NCBI GenBank assembly: GCA_051294905.1
Contig: CM119372.1
Span: 3,970,001 to 4,034,000, forward strand
Length of the DNA stretch: 64,000 bases
From: Botryllus schlosseri
Taxonomy: Eukaryota
Reading direction: 5' to 3'
In this document: positions 11,854-23,492 of the stretch, piece after piece
How the letters are laid out: each line of letters begins with the position of its first letter
How positions within the stretch are numbered: position 1 is the first letter of the stretch
Program-made: the position numbers and the translations under genes
Notes under the pieces: model-generated
Told to the model about the DNA's origin: nothing
The model's database searches: none
The model's input: only the letters and a program-made list of their open reading frames with translations

Positions 11854-13033
11854 TCAGTGAATGATTGGATGACTATTGAAATAGTCGGTGTAGGCATTTC
11901 GAACGTTTTTTGCAATAGTAGTGGAATTTCCAGTATAATGATCCATCGAACGATCCTCAGGAATGATATCATCCGTAGAAGATTCGGTATAGTTGGGCGA
12001 ATGTTTGAGCAGAAAATTGTGGAGACAACAAATTGCCTTGACCATGTTATCCACATTTTCGACCTTTAGGGGGACAGGCTTTAGTAGAATCCGGAAACGT
12101 TGGACGAGGATGCCAAACGCATTCTCCACGACACGCCGTGCCCGAGATAGTCGTTTATTATAAACGTATCTCGGTTGGGCCAGGTATTTTCCAGGGTATG
12201 GTCTCATCAGGTGATATGATAGGGGGAAGGCTACATCGCCAACAAATACATATGGCAACGGAGGCTTTCCTGGCTCAACTTCCCGATCTGCAGGTAGCTG
12301 CAGTTCATTTGCAGCTAGTGCACGCCCAAATGGTGAATCGCGGAAAATTCCTCCATCCGATTCGCGTCCATAGCTTCCAACTTGAGCGAAACGGATCCTG
12401 TACTCTGCGTCAACAACCGCCATCAAAACCACACTGTAAGTTCCTTTGTAGTTGTAAAACAATGAACCACTATTTGCGGGACATTCCATCTGAACATGTT
12501 TCCCATCGATTGCTCCGACACAATTTGGGAACTGCCACAGTTCTTCAAACTTTTCTGCTATTTCAACCCACTCAGAAGCAGAGGATGGAGTTTTCATATA
12601 TGTCCATCGCAGGTTATTCCATAACGCCGCACAAGTCTCATGAACAATGTTACATACAGTTGAGCGGCCGAGGCGATATGATCCAGCGATTGTTCTGAAT
12701 GAGTCCCCATGCGCGAGAAATCTCAAAGTGACAGCCAATCTTTCCTCTACAGAAACAGCTTTCCTCCAGTTGGTATCGAGTTTGGCGATATCTTCTCCAA
12801 TCAGTTGGATTAGATAATGAAACTGCTGCATGTGGTTTCATCCGAAAGTAGTCGAAATAATGCGCTTCTCTTTCTAATTCATATTCCTTGACCAACCTGT
12901 GATATTCTCCTAGCTGTTCCCGCCGTTGTAAAATAGGATGCACCCAGATCGATCTGGCCTGCATCTTTTTTTTCAATCTTCTTCGAATGCACAAAATTGC
13001 CAAGGCTTTCTTCTGATCAGGAGTTAATATCAT
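11854..13033 (-). pseudogene. Harbinger DDE transposase, intronless, frameshifted near 12830
   Basis: N-terminal part (WVHPILQRR..YFRMKP) and C-terminal part (QQFHYL..IDGKH..GDVAFPL..VENAFG) are in different frames, separated by 4 extra bases. Confidence 0.9.
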
Positions 13034-14087
13034 ACTGCAAGATATAAATACACTGCAAGGTATAAATACAGAGTCATTGATGTGATATGAAGATACAGAG
13101 GTACCCGCAACTCTGCCCAAAGCAAATGTACCACAGCACACAGATTTGTACTAACTACTGGATTTGAAAAATGCGCAACTACCGGTATAGAACTACTTAA
13201 TTTTCAAAATGGGTAGTTTGTTCAAATCAGACTAGTTATATTACACCAATCGCTATGCAACAACATCACCAAAAGCCTTCTGTCTTTCTTGTCTAGTACC
13301 ACAATCGCCATTCACATGCATCGCTCACTGCCCTCGTACGATATGTCAGCACGACAACCACAGCAACAAAATAGGTACCATCGCCCTCTCGTCGCATCGT
13401 CATTCGGACGGAATCGCGCTCGCGATCATTAAGATAAAGATACAAAGAAATGCTCCGCCGCATCGATCGCTGTTGATCTGGTCGCATTGTGTGTGATCGA
13501 CCCTTTATACTAACTTCGCATTTTATTAGCACAAAATCGTTGTCGCGAATGGAAATATCGCATTTTCGCGAGCAATACGGTCGCTGTAGGCAAGCTATTG
13601 CTCTTCCTATTAGCATTGCTGCAAATCACTCGCGGAATCGATATTCGTTATCGCGTAACCCCCGCTCAGAACATTCGCAATTCAGAAGCGATCTCCCGTT
13701 CTGCCTCATTGCCCGATACGACATAACGATTAATCTGCATCCTGTCTGTATCGTGCTAGCGCGCAGCGTCACGTGTCAGACGCGGGGAAAAAGGTATCGC
13801 CATCGAGGCACAGACGTATAACGATGCGATTGATTTTTCGATTCGCCATTACAGCACGCAGGAACGGATCGATGCTTCGTTGGTGGGCTTCGATGCTCAT
13901 GTACGCTTTAAAATGTAGCAGGACTGCGCTAGATGGGTATATCTTACGAAAATTATCACGCCAAAACTAAGCTAACTCAAAGTATCGGATTATAGCAGGT
14001 ATCATAAACGGGAGGTATCGTATTTTCTTATACAGGATACATATAGGTAGCTCATGATTATTTCCTGGTCAGGTACATCGTAGTATT

Positions 14088-14625
14088 GAAAGCGGTTGAA
14101 CTGCGCCACAATCGACGTAATCGAACTATAAACCGCTATTTCAGGTAGCGTTTCTATACGATTATTCCGAGTGTATATTCCAAATGCGTAGCATCGTAGC
14201 TGTCATTGAAGCCAGTCTTAAGATATGTTAGTTAGAACTATATTCTTGAGTCATGATGATAGGAGTATTACAAGCGGTTGAATTAGGCTGCAATCGACGT
14301 AATCGAAGTATAAACCGCTATATCAGAGAATAGCGTATCAATCCGATTCTTCCGAGTGTATATAGTTATTAGTTATATACCCACCAATGCGTAGTGTTGT
14401 AGATAAAATTATTGGAGATCGGCTTAATATTGTTACTTAGAACTGTTTTCGTGAGTATTGCAAGCAGTTGAACTGAGCTACAATTGACGTAATCGAACTG
14501 CAAATCGTTATATCATAGCAGAATATCAGTCCTATTCTTCTGAGTGTATTGTATACTGTATATTCCAAATGCGTAGTGTCGTAGATATCATTGAAGCTCG
14601 TCATATATGTTACTTACAACTTTTC
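14088..14625. repeat. Three diverged tandem copies of a ~185-bp unit
   Basis: AAGCGGTTGAA..CAATCGACGTAATCGAA..GAGTGTATA..ATGCGTAG recurs from ~14090, ~14272 and ~14462. Confidence 0.8.
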
Positions 14626-14806
14626 ATGAATGACCTCACTAAACTCATTCGGTACTTTGCGTTGTGTACTGAAATACCGGCATCACGTATAACCAAATGT
14701 ATCGGGTAATGGCAACCCGAAACTATCGTTATGCTAAACTATCTCTACTTTTGAAGCCTTTAATTTTATTCACATTTTACTAAGGCACCATAGTAGGGTT
14801 GTTGAG

Positions 14807-16297
14807 ATGGCTAGTGCAGACGAACCAGCTGTATATCCCTCTAAGATAAAACGTAACCTCGACGGCACCCCGTGTAAGCTTGTGAAACGTTCCAAAATCT
14901 GGGAAATATTCCGTACCGTACCCGAAGAACCGAAAAAAGCAATCTGCGGAAAATGCGAGGCTGTCATATCTCGAGGCGGCGGTAGCGGAAAATCGCAATG
15001 CACCACGAATCTATGGAAACACTTGGAAAACAAGCACCCTGAATCATTCGCGGAAGCGTCAAAGTACAAAGAAACAATTAATCGAGCCGAACGCATAAAA
15101 CGCCACAATCCTGAGAACAGTAAAGCCTGGCGACTGTTTTCGGTGGCTGGTGACGACCCTTCTGTTATCAAGTGTTCAGAATGCGATATCGAAATAACTT
15201 GCGACCCTAGCGAGAGTAACACCACAGACGTTTTATGGTACCACATTATGACCGAGCACCAGTCCATGTACGACAAATGCGTGAGCGAGGCAATGATGGA
15301 GAACGTAGTTTCGACTCAGAAAGGCAAGCGATCGCTGGTGTGGTCAGAATTCACGCAGCACCCTATGGACTTTTGTAAAGTTATCTGCAACACATGCGAT
15401 ACTGTCGTATCACGCGGTACGACTAAAGAAAGCTTAAATACGACCAACATGCGACGGCATCTTATAAGCAGCTCGCATTTAGGCGCAGTACGAGACAAAG
15501 GGGTCGAATTAGGTAGGTTGCCTTTGGATAACGATACAAATATAACTGATGCAGTCTCGCCAAAGGCACGAAAACTTGATATTCAGAGTGATCACGGTAA
15601 CACCGACAAGAATCACCACGGTTGTAGTCAAACTAGCAACCTTATGGACGCTCAAACGCTTTTAATGCAGCGTCCAGTCGATTTATTTCACACAGGCTTG
15701 CTCGGACACGCGCTTTACGAACAGCAGAAGAATGGGATTTGCTGCGACTTTTCGATCGTGGTCCTAAACAAAAGCTCCCTGTCTTTCACGGACCAGGAGA
15801 GGAGCAGTCCCGAGATTTCGTCGGACGAGATAAAAATACACGGCTGTGTGGCGTCTGTCGTGTCGGAGAGTTTGAGGAAGACGATCGCGTCCGGCGAGCG
15901 ACAACTGAAACTAGCGGATATTCGCAAGCCTACCGTTGAACACTTTGTGGAGATCGCCTACACTGGGAAGCTGGACGTTATCAACGCGATGGGAATGAAT
16001 GAAGTGATAGAGGTCTACAAGGTCGCGAAATTACTCTGTGCTGATACAGTTGCAGCCTATGTGCAACGATCGTATCCGAATGTATCTTTTCGAACGAGCC
16101 GCGAGCAATTAAATTATGCAGTTACCAACCAGAATACCTCCAATCAGCAATCATTATCCTCGGCGCAAGAATCGAACGACAAAGGACACGAATACTCGCA
16201 ATCCATCACGCCAGCGCTGCCCAGTATTGTGCCGACAGCGAATAAGCGTAAGAATTATATGCCGAAATCGAACAGTAGTATGAAATTGGAGCAATGA
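14807..16297 (+). CDS. Protein with three BED zinc fingers followed by a BTB/POZ domain (496 aa)
   Basis: Three W..F..CxxC..T..H...H motifs (SKIWEIF..CGKC..NLWKHLENKH; SKAWRLF..CSEC..LWYHIMTEH; SLVWSEF..CNTC..NMRRHLISSSH) and BTB motifs CDFSIVV, IHGCVASVVS, FVEIAYTGKL; long uninterrupted ORF. Confidence 0.88.
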   Translation: MASADEPAVYPSKIKRNLDGTPCKLVKRSKIWEIFRTVPEEPKKAICGKCEAVISRGGGSGKSQCTTNLWKHLENKHPESFAEASKYKETINRAERIKRHNPENSKAWRLFSVAGDDPSVIKCSECDIEITCDPSESNTTDVLWYHIMTEHQSMYDKCVSEAMMENVVSTQKGKRSLVWSEFTQHPMDFCKVICNTCDTVVSRGTTKESLNTTNMRRHLISSSHLGAVRDKGVELGRLPLDNDTNITDAVSPKARKLDIQSDHGNTDKNHHGCSQTSNLMDAQTLLMQRPVDLFHTGLLGHALYEQQKNGICCDFSIVVLNKSSLSFTDQERSSPEISSDEIKIHGCVASVVSESLRKTIASGERQLKLADIRKPTVEHFVEIAYTGKLDVINAMGMNEVIEVYKVAKLLCADTVAAYVQRSYPNVSFRTSREQLNYAVTNQNTSNQQSLSSAQESNDKGHEYSQSITPALPSIVPTANKRKNYMPKSNSSMKLEQ

Positions 16298-17544
16298 ATT
16301 ATATGTCGATAAATACTGTTGTTGCGTAGGGCGATAGCTCTCAACCTCATCTTACCTCACGCCACCCTATCGCCAGAGCAGGAGTGTAAGATTTGGTAAG
16401 CTGATGACTAAAGGATGTCAGTCACCGTCATCACTATTCAGCCTCAGTTTGTGGTACTAAAATTACGAAAGAATAATACAGGGTTGTCAGACAGCTTTTG
16501 AAAAACGGGCCAAACAGTGGCGAAAAAGAGCCGTAATGGGCCAAATTGTTCAATAACGTTGTTCTTAATACATAATAATGTTACCAACGTCAATAACGTT
16601 GCAACATTACCCATAGACCTTTTGTCAATCGCCGGCAATTCTAGATTTATATTGTTGCTGTTGTGGGACACCAAATCCATTGCAACTGTTGATAGTATTT
16701 TATGACACGAATCCAACTACATTAACTGCTATTATTACAAGCCTATTCCAACTGAATATAAAATCGTAAAATCCAAATTTGTGTTATAATATGAGAGCTA
16801 TGAAGGTTTTAATGATTGAATTTTATATATTTTTATTAAAAATTGAGAGAATAGTTTCTTTACATTTGAAACTTATCTAACTTATATAGGCTACTACGCA
16901 GTCTACATCTACATTCTACAAGAAGAATTCCAAATCTTCATCTACGGTATTTCCACTCGGATCTCTGCCATTAGCATAACCATTGTCAGCTCAATTTCCG
17001 AAAGACATTTAGAAAGATAGCTAGTTTGATAGTGTATGCCAACTGCTTCCAAAAGGAGTCAAATATTGGAAACGAAGGGTCAAGGAGGGAAACAAATTTA
17101 TTTGGTGCCAACTGCCTCTAACAAAGGGCAGAGTTTGTGAAGGGGGCGACGGAGGCGAAAATAGCGAAGGGGGCGATGACGCGTCAAAACGGTGACGTTT
17201 TTTTTTCTTTTTTTTCTAGTCAACCCATGGAAATTTAGTTACAAAAGTGAGTCAAATTGAACATCGAGACGAAAATTTGACCTTTTTTTTAGTCAACCCG
17301 CCGGTGATTACAGTTTGTATGCCCAATTTTCGGTACGCAAAATTTGGGGGGCGATGATCGGTGTTGACCTTGAAAAGGCGGCGATGGGTCGTAAAAGGTT
17401 GGGAACCACTGGTTTATCCATAAACGAGGCTGGCATTGATGTCGGTTATTAATTATTATTTCAAAGATACCAATTCAGCGTCAATCAACAAACGCACACA
17501 TTTCGCAATTGCAATCAGCGAAGTTTTTCGATGTGTGGTGTTCA

Positions 17545-17651
17545 ATTAGCTTCCTTGTTACATTAGCTTTTCATTACCTTCATTAGCTTTTCATTAGCTC
17601 CATTAGCTTTCATTAGCTGTTCATTAGCTTCATTAGCTTTTCATTAGCTTG
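17545..17651. repeat. CATTAGCTT(T) minisatellite
   Basis: About ten 9-11-bp units seen directly. Confidence 0.85.
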
Positions 17652-18568
17652 CATGTACAAAATAAAGACACCCCAATCTAGTAGCCCTGGAATAATAGGT
17701 CATCATCATCACTTTCGTTCAAGCCTCAATATTACGGCCTAACTGCCAGAGTTGGACAAGTCGAAATTTCCGGCGGTTCCAAATTAGTTCAAAATTACTG
17801 AACTCGGAAAACTTAGAATTTGAATTTAATTCCGCATTAAAAGAAATTCAACAAAAATTTAGTTCAGTTCATATCAAATCAGAATTCATCCTCATAAGCA
17901 TTAGAATGGTAAATATCTGTACACCAACCTTGGCTCGTTTCGCACTGTACACTTCTGCTGTAGCGTTTTCGGGAAAACCAGAACTTAATTAGATTGGAAC
18001 TGGATTACCGGCATTCCTCTCTATTTAGATAATTAGAATCAACTAGTTGTCCTAGTTTGCTCACAGACGGCGATGACCTTTTATTATTCATCAGCTTCCC
18101 AAATGCTACTCATAATTTGGATGTCCGTAATTTTCGTTACGTCGACGGCAGACCCGCATTTCCTCATTTTCGCGCGGCACCCCCCGAACAGAACACATCC
18201 CATTTGAGGACCACTGGTGCGCGATATTATGGACTCATGCGACGGTCTTTTTTATGGTTGGGTTGAGTTCGATGACCGTTACGTTGTCGCCAGTCGCGTA
18301 TTTTCCTCTTCATTTTGCCGATTTGCGGTGGTTTATTATTTTCACGTTATCTTGTATTGACGGGGGATTTAACTCCGATTTATGTGAACGCAGCTTCTTC
18401 AGTGTTTGTGGCAATATGTTATTTTATTCACTTCTCTACTGATGGAATAATGCGTCTTCAGATATTCTGAAATAATTCTGCACACTCAGGGATGGTGACT
18501 TGGTTTACCACATTACTTGACGGAGTCTTTCTTAACCGGGAGCCTACTAACCTAGGGAACACTTACGC

Positions 18569-18951
18569 CAGGGGTCACCAACCTTTTTGCAACCAAGAGC
18601 TACTTCTTGGGTGCAGATTGAAGCGACGGGCTACCATTTACTCCCGCCGCAGTACTCTGGTATGTAACTTGACACCGCAACTCTGAGTGAGTGTTCCAGA
18701 TGTGCATTAGTGAGGCGTGTCATGATTTTAAGTGTTTAAATATATATGTGTTGTCATTTGTCAGTTACATGTTGGTGTGAATTAAACAACAATAGCTAAA
18801 TCAATCCATATATTTAAAAGCTCACTGGTAATAATCTGACGAATATTGGTAAATGCTGCTATTCGATCTGTTTTTAGAACAGCCTCGCGGGCTACTCACC
18901 TGGTCCTCGCGGGCAACCTGGGGCCCGCGGGCACCACGTTTGTGACCCCTG
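18569..18951. mobile_element. hAT-type MITE
   Basis: TIR CAGGGGTCAC / GTGACCCCTG; exact TSD ACTTACGC. Confidence 0.88.
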
Positions 18952-20364
18952 ACTTACGCTAATCTACAAGCCTTTGCGGAGCCCGAAACTTACCGACATA
19001 CACATCTAATACAGTATTATAGATCAGTACTCATTAACCTTTTTCGTCGTGGTACACCCTTTTAACGTTTACTCTAAACGCCATGGTACACCCCTGACCA
19101 ATGACCACATATTGTGGCTGGATGACCAAAAAAAGGTCAACTTTCTGGCTCAACTCCCGAAATACAGTTTTTCTTTCACGTTTTCCGTTGGTTGATTTAA
19201 ATTACTTCATAGCAAATAAGCTCATTATATTGGAGATAGAAGGATTGTGTTTCCGTTTCAAACCACCAACCTTACATGCGTCCGCCACTGTGTATAACGT
19301 ATCACCAGAGGTGGTCAAAGTAGTCTTGAAAACAGTCTTATTTCGTTCGCATGGACTGTCAAAAGCTGCAAATCGAGGTATGCGGAAGGTGCAGATAGCT
19401 TGACTCGTATTTTTGCATCCCAGGAGGTATCAATTTTGACAGAATAAGCATTCTTTCGCATCATGGGATGCAGGTTATAGAATTGATAAGAAATGCGATA
19501 CTAACCCTTTGTTTACTAGAAGACCCCGTTTTAGAGAATCATGGCATGCCGCCCTACCCCAAATTATAAGGCCTCAAGTTAAGGCGAAGAGCAATACGGA
19601 GAAGTTGTATCGGATACGGTTTCAACACTTTGCGTGATTAGTATACGTTAATAACAAATATTGTGGATCGTAAAATTTATAGTTAGTGTATAGCTTTACT
19701 TTCGGAAAACAGAGGCATTTGCTTTTATGCTGCAACATGTATGTTCTGCAGACAAAAGAACTGGAAGTAATTAGAAATCAAAGTATGATACTAGGAATTG
19801 AAAGTGAAATACAAATACGACTTCTAAAAAGCGGAAAATATACTTCACGTCTTTTGTCCATAAAGCTTCAAAGGTGTTCTGCTAAACCAGGTGTAACGTT
19901 CAAAAATGCCGAATTTTCCAGATTAGCAGGACACGTCGCGGGCTGCTTACGATATGATAATAGGTAGGCCTAATTGCTAGATTGCGACACGGTAGTTTCA
20001 AACGTTATGGTGGGCCATATTTACTATGATGGAATATTTGATATGGGCGACAATGCTATTTGAGCGAAACCAAGCTATCCGGTACCTAAATTGTATTCAT
20101 TGATACTTTCATTAAAACAAATTTGTTACTCCATAACTACTGGGCTTTACTTGACTTTTATGAATATTAAATGCTGGTAGGCCTACTACATGAAAACAGC
20201 CCCGAAATACCTCAGGCTATCTTTCGTATTGGGGGATTAAACTACTTCGACTTGACAAACTGAAAATAGCGAAAAGTAAATAAGTAGATCATAAATATTA
20301 CGAAGTAGAAGTAGAGAAAATCAGATCTACTTGAGTAAGTACCAAAAGTAGAGGAAAACGTCAT

Positions 20365-21313
20365 TTGACATTTTACAGCTCTTTAGCCTACTTTATAGGC
20401 CTACCGCTGTAGACGGCCCATCGTCTGCTCATTGTGAACAGAGGTGGTCAGTAACTAAGTACTTCTACTTTTTGAAGTACTTGAATTAGATTTTACCTAC
20501 TCGCACTACTTATTAATTAGTTATCATTTTGGAATACTTCTACTTAATAGTTTTCAGTTTTTTTAGGCAAACAGGCGTAATATAGGCTACCTACTTATTT
20601 ACTTACTTGTGAGCTGCCACTCCTACTTCTACTTGAGTAGAAATTCCGGGGATACTTCTACTTGAGTAGCGACGTGGACTACTTTGACCACCTCTGATTG
20701 TGAATCATAAACATTAAAATGAAACAAATAGGGTGACATGGTGTTATATGCTCAAAGTACCGCAACTAAAGCAAGACTGCGTGGGCATTACATGGTTCTA
20801 TCAGGAAGCGCATGACGAAAAATTGTGATGTAGACACCATTGTCAGAATGAAGCAGCACGGTGTGTCACCAGCAGTTTACGCACAACTTCAGTGTTGTCA
20901 GCCAACAACTGCTGCTGTTAAACGTTCTTTCTCCGTTCTTGGCAAGCTACTTCGTAAGGACAGACACTTTCTACTCGAAAATGTAGGAATACATCTTTCG
21001 TTGTACTATAACAAATTTTTTGATTATTTATACCATAATACGTGATGTAACTACTGGAATTCTTCATAGGGCGAGATTTCGTTGAAATAAAGTTTTTTCC
21101 TGCAAAAATTTGTCAGTTTTTGAGTCAAAGTTTTTTCAGGCCCAACTACTTCGAACGGACAGCCAGTGCCAACAAGAAATGAAGTTATATGTAGTACAAT
21201 ACTGACGTTATGTAGTAAAACACCTAATTTGCATACGTTAGGCCAAAATTTGGTAAAAATTAAGTTTTGTAAGGTCAAAAAATCTTCCGTTTTTAGGTAA
21301 AAAAATCGCCCTA
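20365..21313 (+). mobile_element. Degraded hAT element right end with dimerization-domain remnant (paralog at ~25243-26340)
   Basis: ORF remnant CQPTTAAVKRSFSVLGKLL; ends in AAAAATCGCCCTA; aligns by eye to the second copy; left boundary approximate. Confidence 0.65.
20439..20696. mobile_element. hAT-type MITE with TACTT repeats
   Basis: TIR CAGAGGTGGTCA; exact TSD ATTGTGAA; empty site visible in the paralog near 25307. Confidence 0.9.
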
Positions 21314-21478
21314 GTTATGAGTTGAACGCGTGTCTTGACATCCAGGAAGCCGTGAGACTGACTTAGGCAACACCTCCAACGGTACTATTACGTATAGCAG
21401 ACAAGTACAGGCACTTAAAATCAATTATTGTGCGTCAGCCAACCTTCACGACAGAACAGTCGACTTTATTTACTCACT

Positions 21479-22437
21479 ATATCCACGAAATTACTTGTGA
21501 CGGATAAGGTAAGAAATGTCCGAATATTCGGGAGATGGTAACAGATACGTATAGCCGTTGAAACATAAATTTCATATTCTTTAAAGTGTGCTTTCTCCCA
21601 ATCCGGTAGTCCCCAAAGTGATGGATCTTGATTCTTCAGACTGTTGTTCAACGACAGGAATTGATACCGAAGCTTCTTCGATTCTGTCATCCCTGCAAGT
21701 AAAATCCAGAACGTCGTATTCGAGATATCGGTGTATACTGTAGCCTATACTGCCGAGCACATCATATTAGAAAATATTCCATCTAAAATTCTAACATATA
21801 GTTGCATGTCAATGGCTCAGTATGAGGCACATGCTTATGGCAGATCACTCAGAGGTGATCACTGGTCAGGTAAGTAACGAAGTGATTCTATTTTTTCGAA
21901 GTAGACCTACTTACACCAGCGGTTATGATTGTAGACCACTTCTACGCAGCAGTTTTGCGAAATAAAAATAGGCTTACAATACTTACTTTTTACTTACTGG
22001 GATATCGCTACTGGTATTTGGGTATATATATTTACGACGTTATTCTATCTATACTTAAGTAGCCTACCCTGTATGACTACTTTAACCCCAGCATGCTCAT
22101 GATATATACCAAATATTTTTAGGTAGTTGATTGTCGATTATTGATATACAATGTTCTTTCCAATTCTCTACTGGTTGCTGACGATTACCCCTGACGAGTT
22201 TCATCCGAAAATATTCGGGTTCATTTCAATATGAATACAATTGTATATTGAAGTTCTGTATACCCCCAAGAAGCTCTTTTATATAGTTAAGTGGCATATG
22301 TGCCCAACTTCCGTCTATCCGATTTATGGAAAATCCATCATACCTGTTGTTTGCCCCACCAACCGCAATACCGCAGGAAGTTTCTTTGCCATGCCGTTCA
22401 CGGGGATGCTGGTCACACATTGTGAGGCTTGTGGCAT
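21479..22437 (-). CDS. Candidate exons of an unidentified host gene (~22437-22343 and 21692-21479)
   Basis: Open frames bounded by consensus splice sites (CAG/GTATGA donor; TTGCAG acceptor; ATA/GTGAGT donor) with compatible phase; no recognisable domain. Confidence 0.3.
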
Positions 22438-23492
22438 TGCCGATTTTCTTCATTTCGCGGTAGCTACCACCCTGCGTTACCACAGCTTCCTGTCGAACTT
22501 CGTTGACGTGACGTTGACTGGGAAACTCCCCGCAGTCGACGACATCTGATTTAGTTGAACTGCTGCCAGCTCCATCGAGACTCACCACCAACTTTTCGTC
22601 ATTGATTATCTGCCGGGCTGCAAAAGGAATCTCACTTTCGCTATTTAGGCAAGCCATATGCAACTCGGTGGATATGGGAGTCGAGATAAACCTCAAACAC
22701 TTGCACCTGTGGAATATAGGCCTACCACTTAGCCCAGCGGTTTTTAAAGTATGAGTCGTGAAGGGTATTGTTTTGGGTCGCGACGGCACCCGAGCGTTCT
22801 TTTAATATCGATGTAATATTTGTTGAATTTGTTGCAGTGAAAAAATTTATTCGCGCTTCGCGCGATTTCCTGTGCATTTTCTAGGTCACTGTGTTGAATA
22901 CTATTGACAATCAGTGAGACGTGCAGAAAAGTATTTGCTACAACATTGCTTCGTTATGGAAATGTGTCGATCTTTGTGTTACACAAATTAGTTTGAATTC
23001 ATGATAAGATTTATCTGACGTTGGTTTCCGTGGAAAATACCGTCGGAAACCGTTTGGATGCTTTTAGTGTAGTGGTGCGCAATGAGCGGGTGCGAGACAA
23101 TGATGCACAGGCCAACCCCTTCCGCGCCGGTACACATGAAAAAGACATAAAATTTCGGCCGGGCATATATCTGTTGAACCGACGACGATTTCGAGTGTTC
23201 CAGCCGCTCCATATCGTATACGCCGCCGACTATATTGGGTGCAAATCGTCCGTAGGCTCATACTACATTTTTTTCGAAAGTATTTAACCAATTATGGCAT
23301 AATTATAAAACAGTCGAAAAAACACAATTTTGATTCTTAAAAAAGGCATTTGTTTAAAACACCACTTGTTTCAAATGGAACCCCCGTTTCATTACGAAAT
23401 AAGCCTGTAAAGGCAAAAGCTCTAAATTGCATCCCAGATTCTGTCGGCGAACTTAACTTTGACAATAATATGGGCAAATATACACATATTCG

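Larger units (their letters stand above)
9287..13504. mobile_element. PIF/Harbinger transposon 2 (degraded)
   Basis: Perfect 19-bp TIRs AGGGTCGATCACACACAAT; TTA TSD at 9284-9286 and 13505-13507; convergent MADF and transposase genes. Confidence 0.93.

Noticed and set aside
12138..12698. Plus-strand ORF opposite the transposase (similarly 8192-8632)
   Set aside because: Antisense shadow of the Harbinger transposase with no motifs of its own
22226..22789. 187-aa ORF as a complete gene
   Set aside because: No recognisable domain, and a different frame fits the splice signals better; left as low-confidence exons
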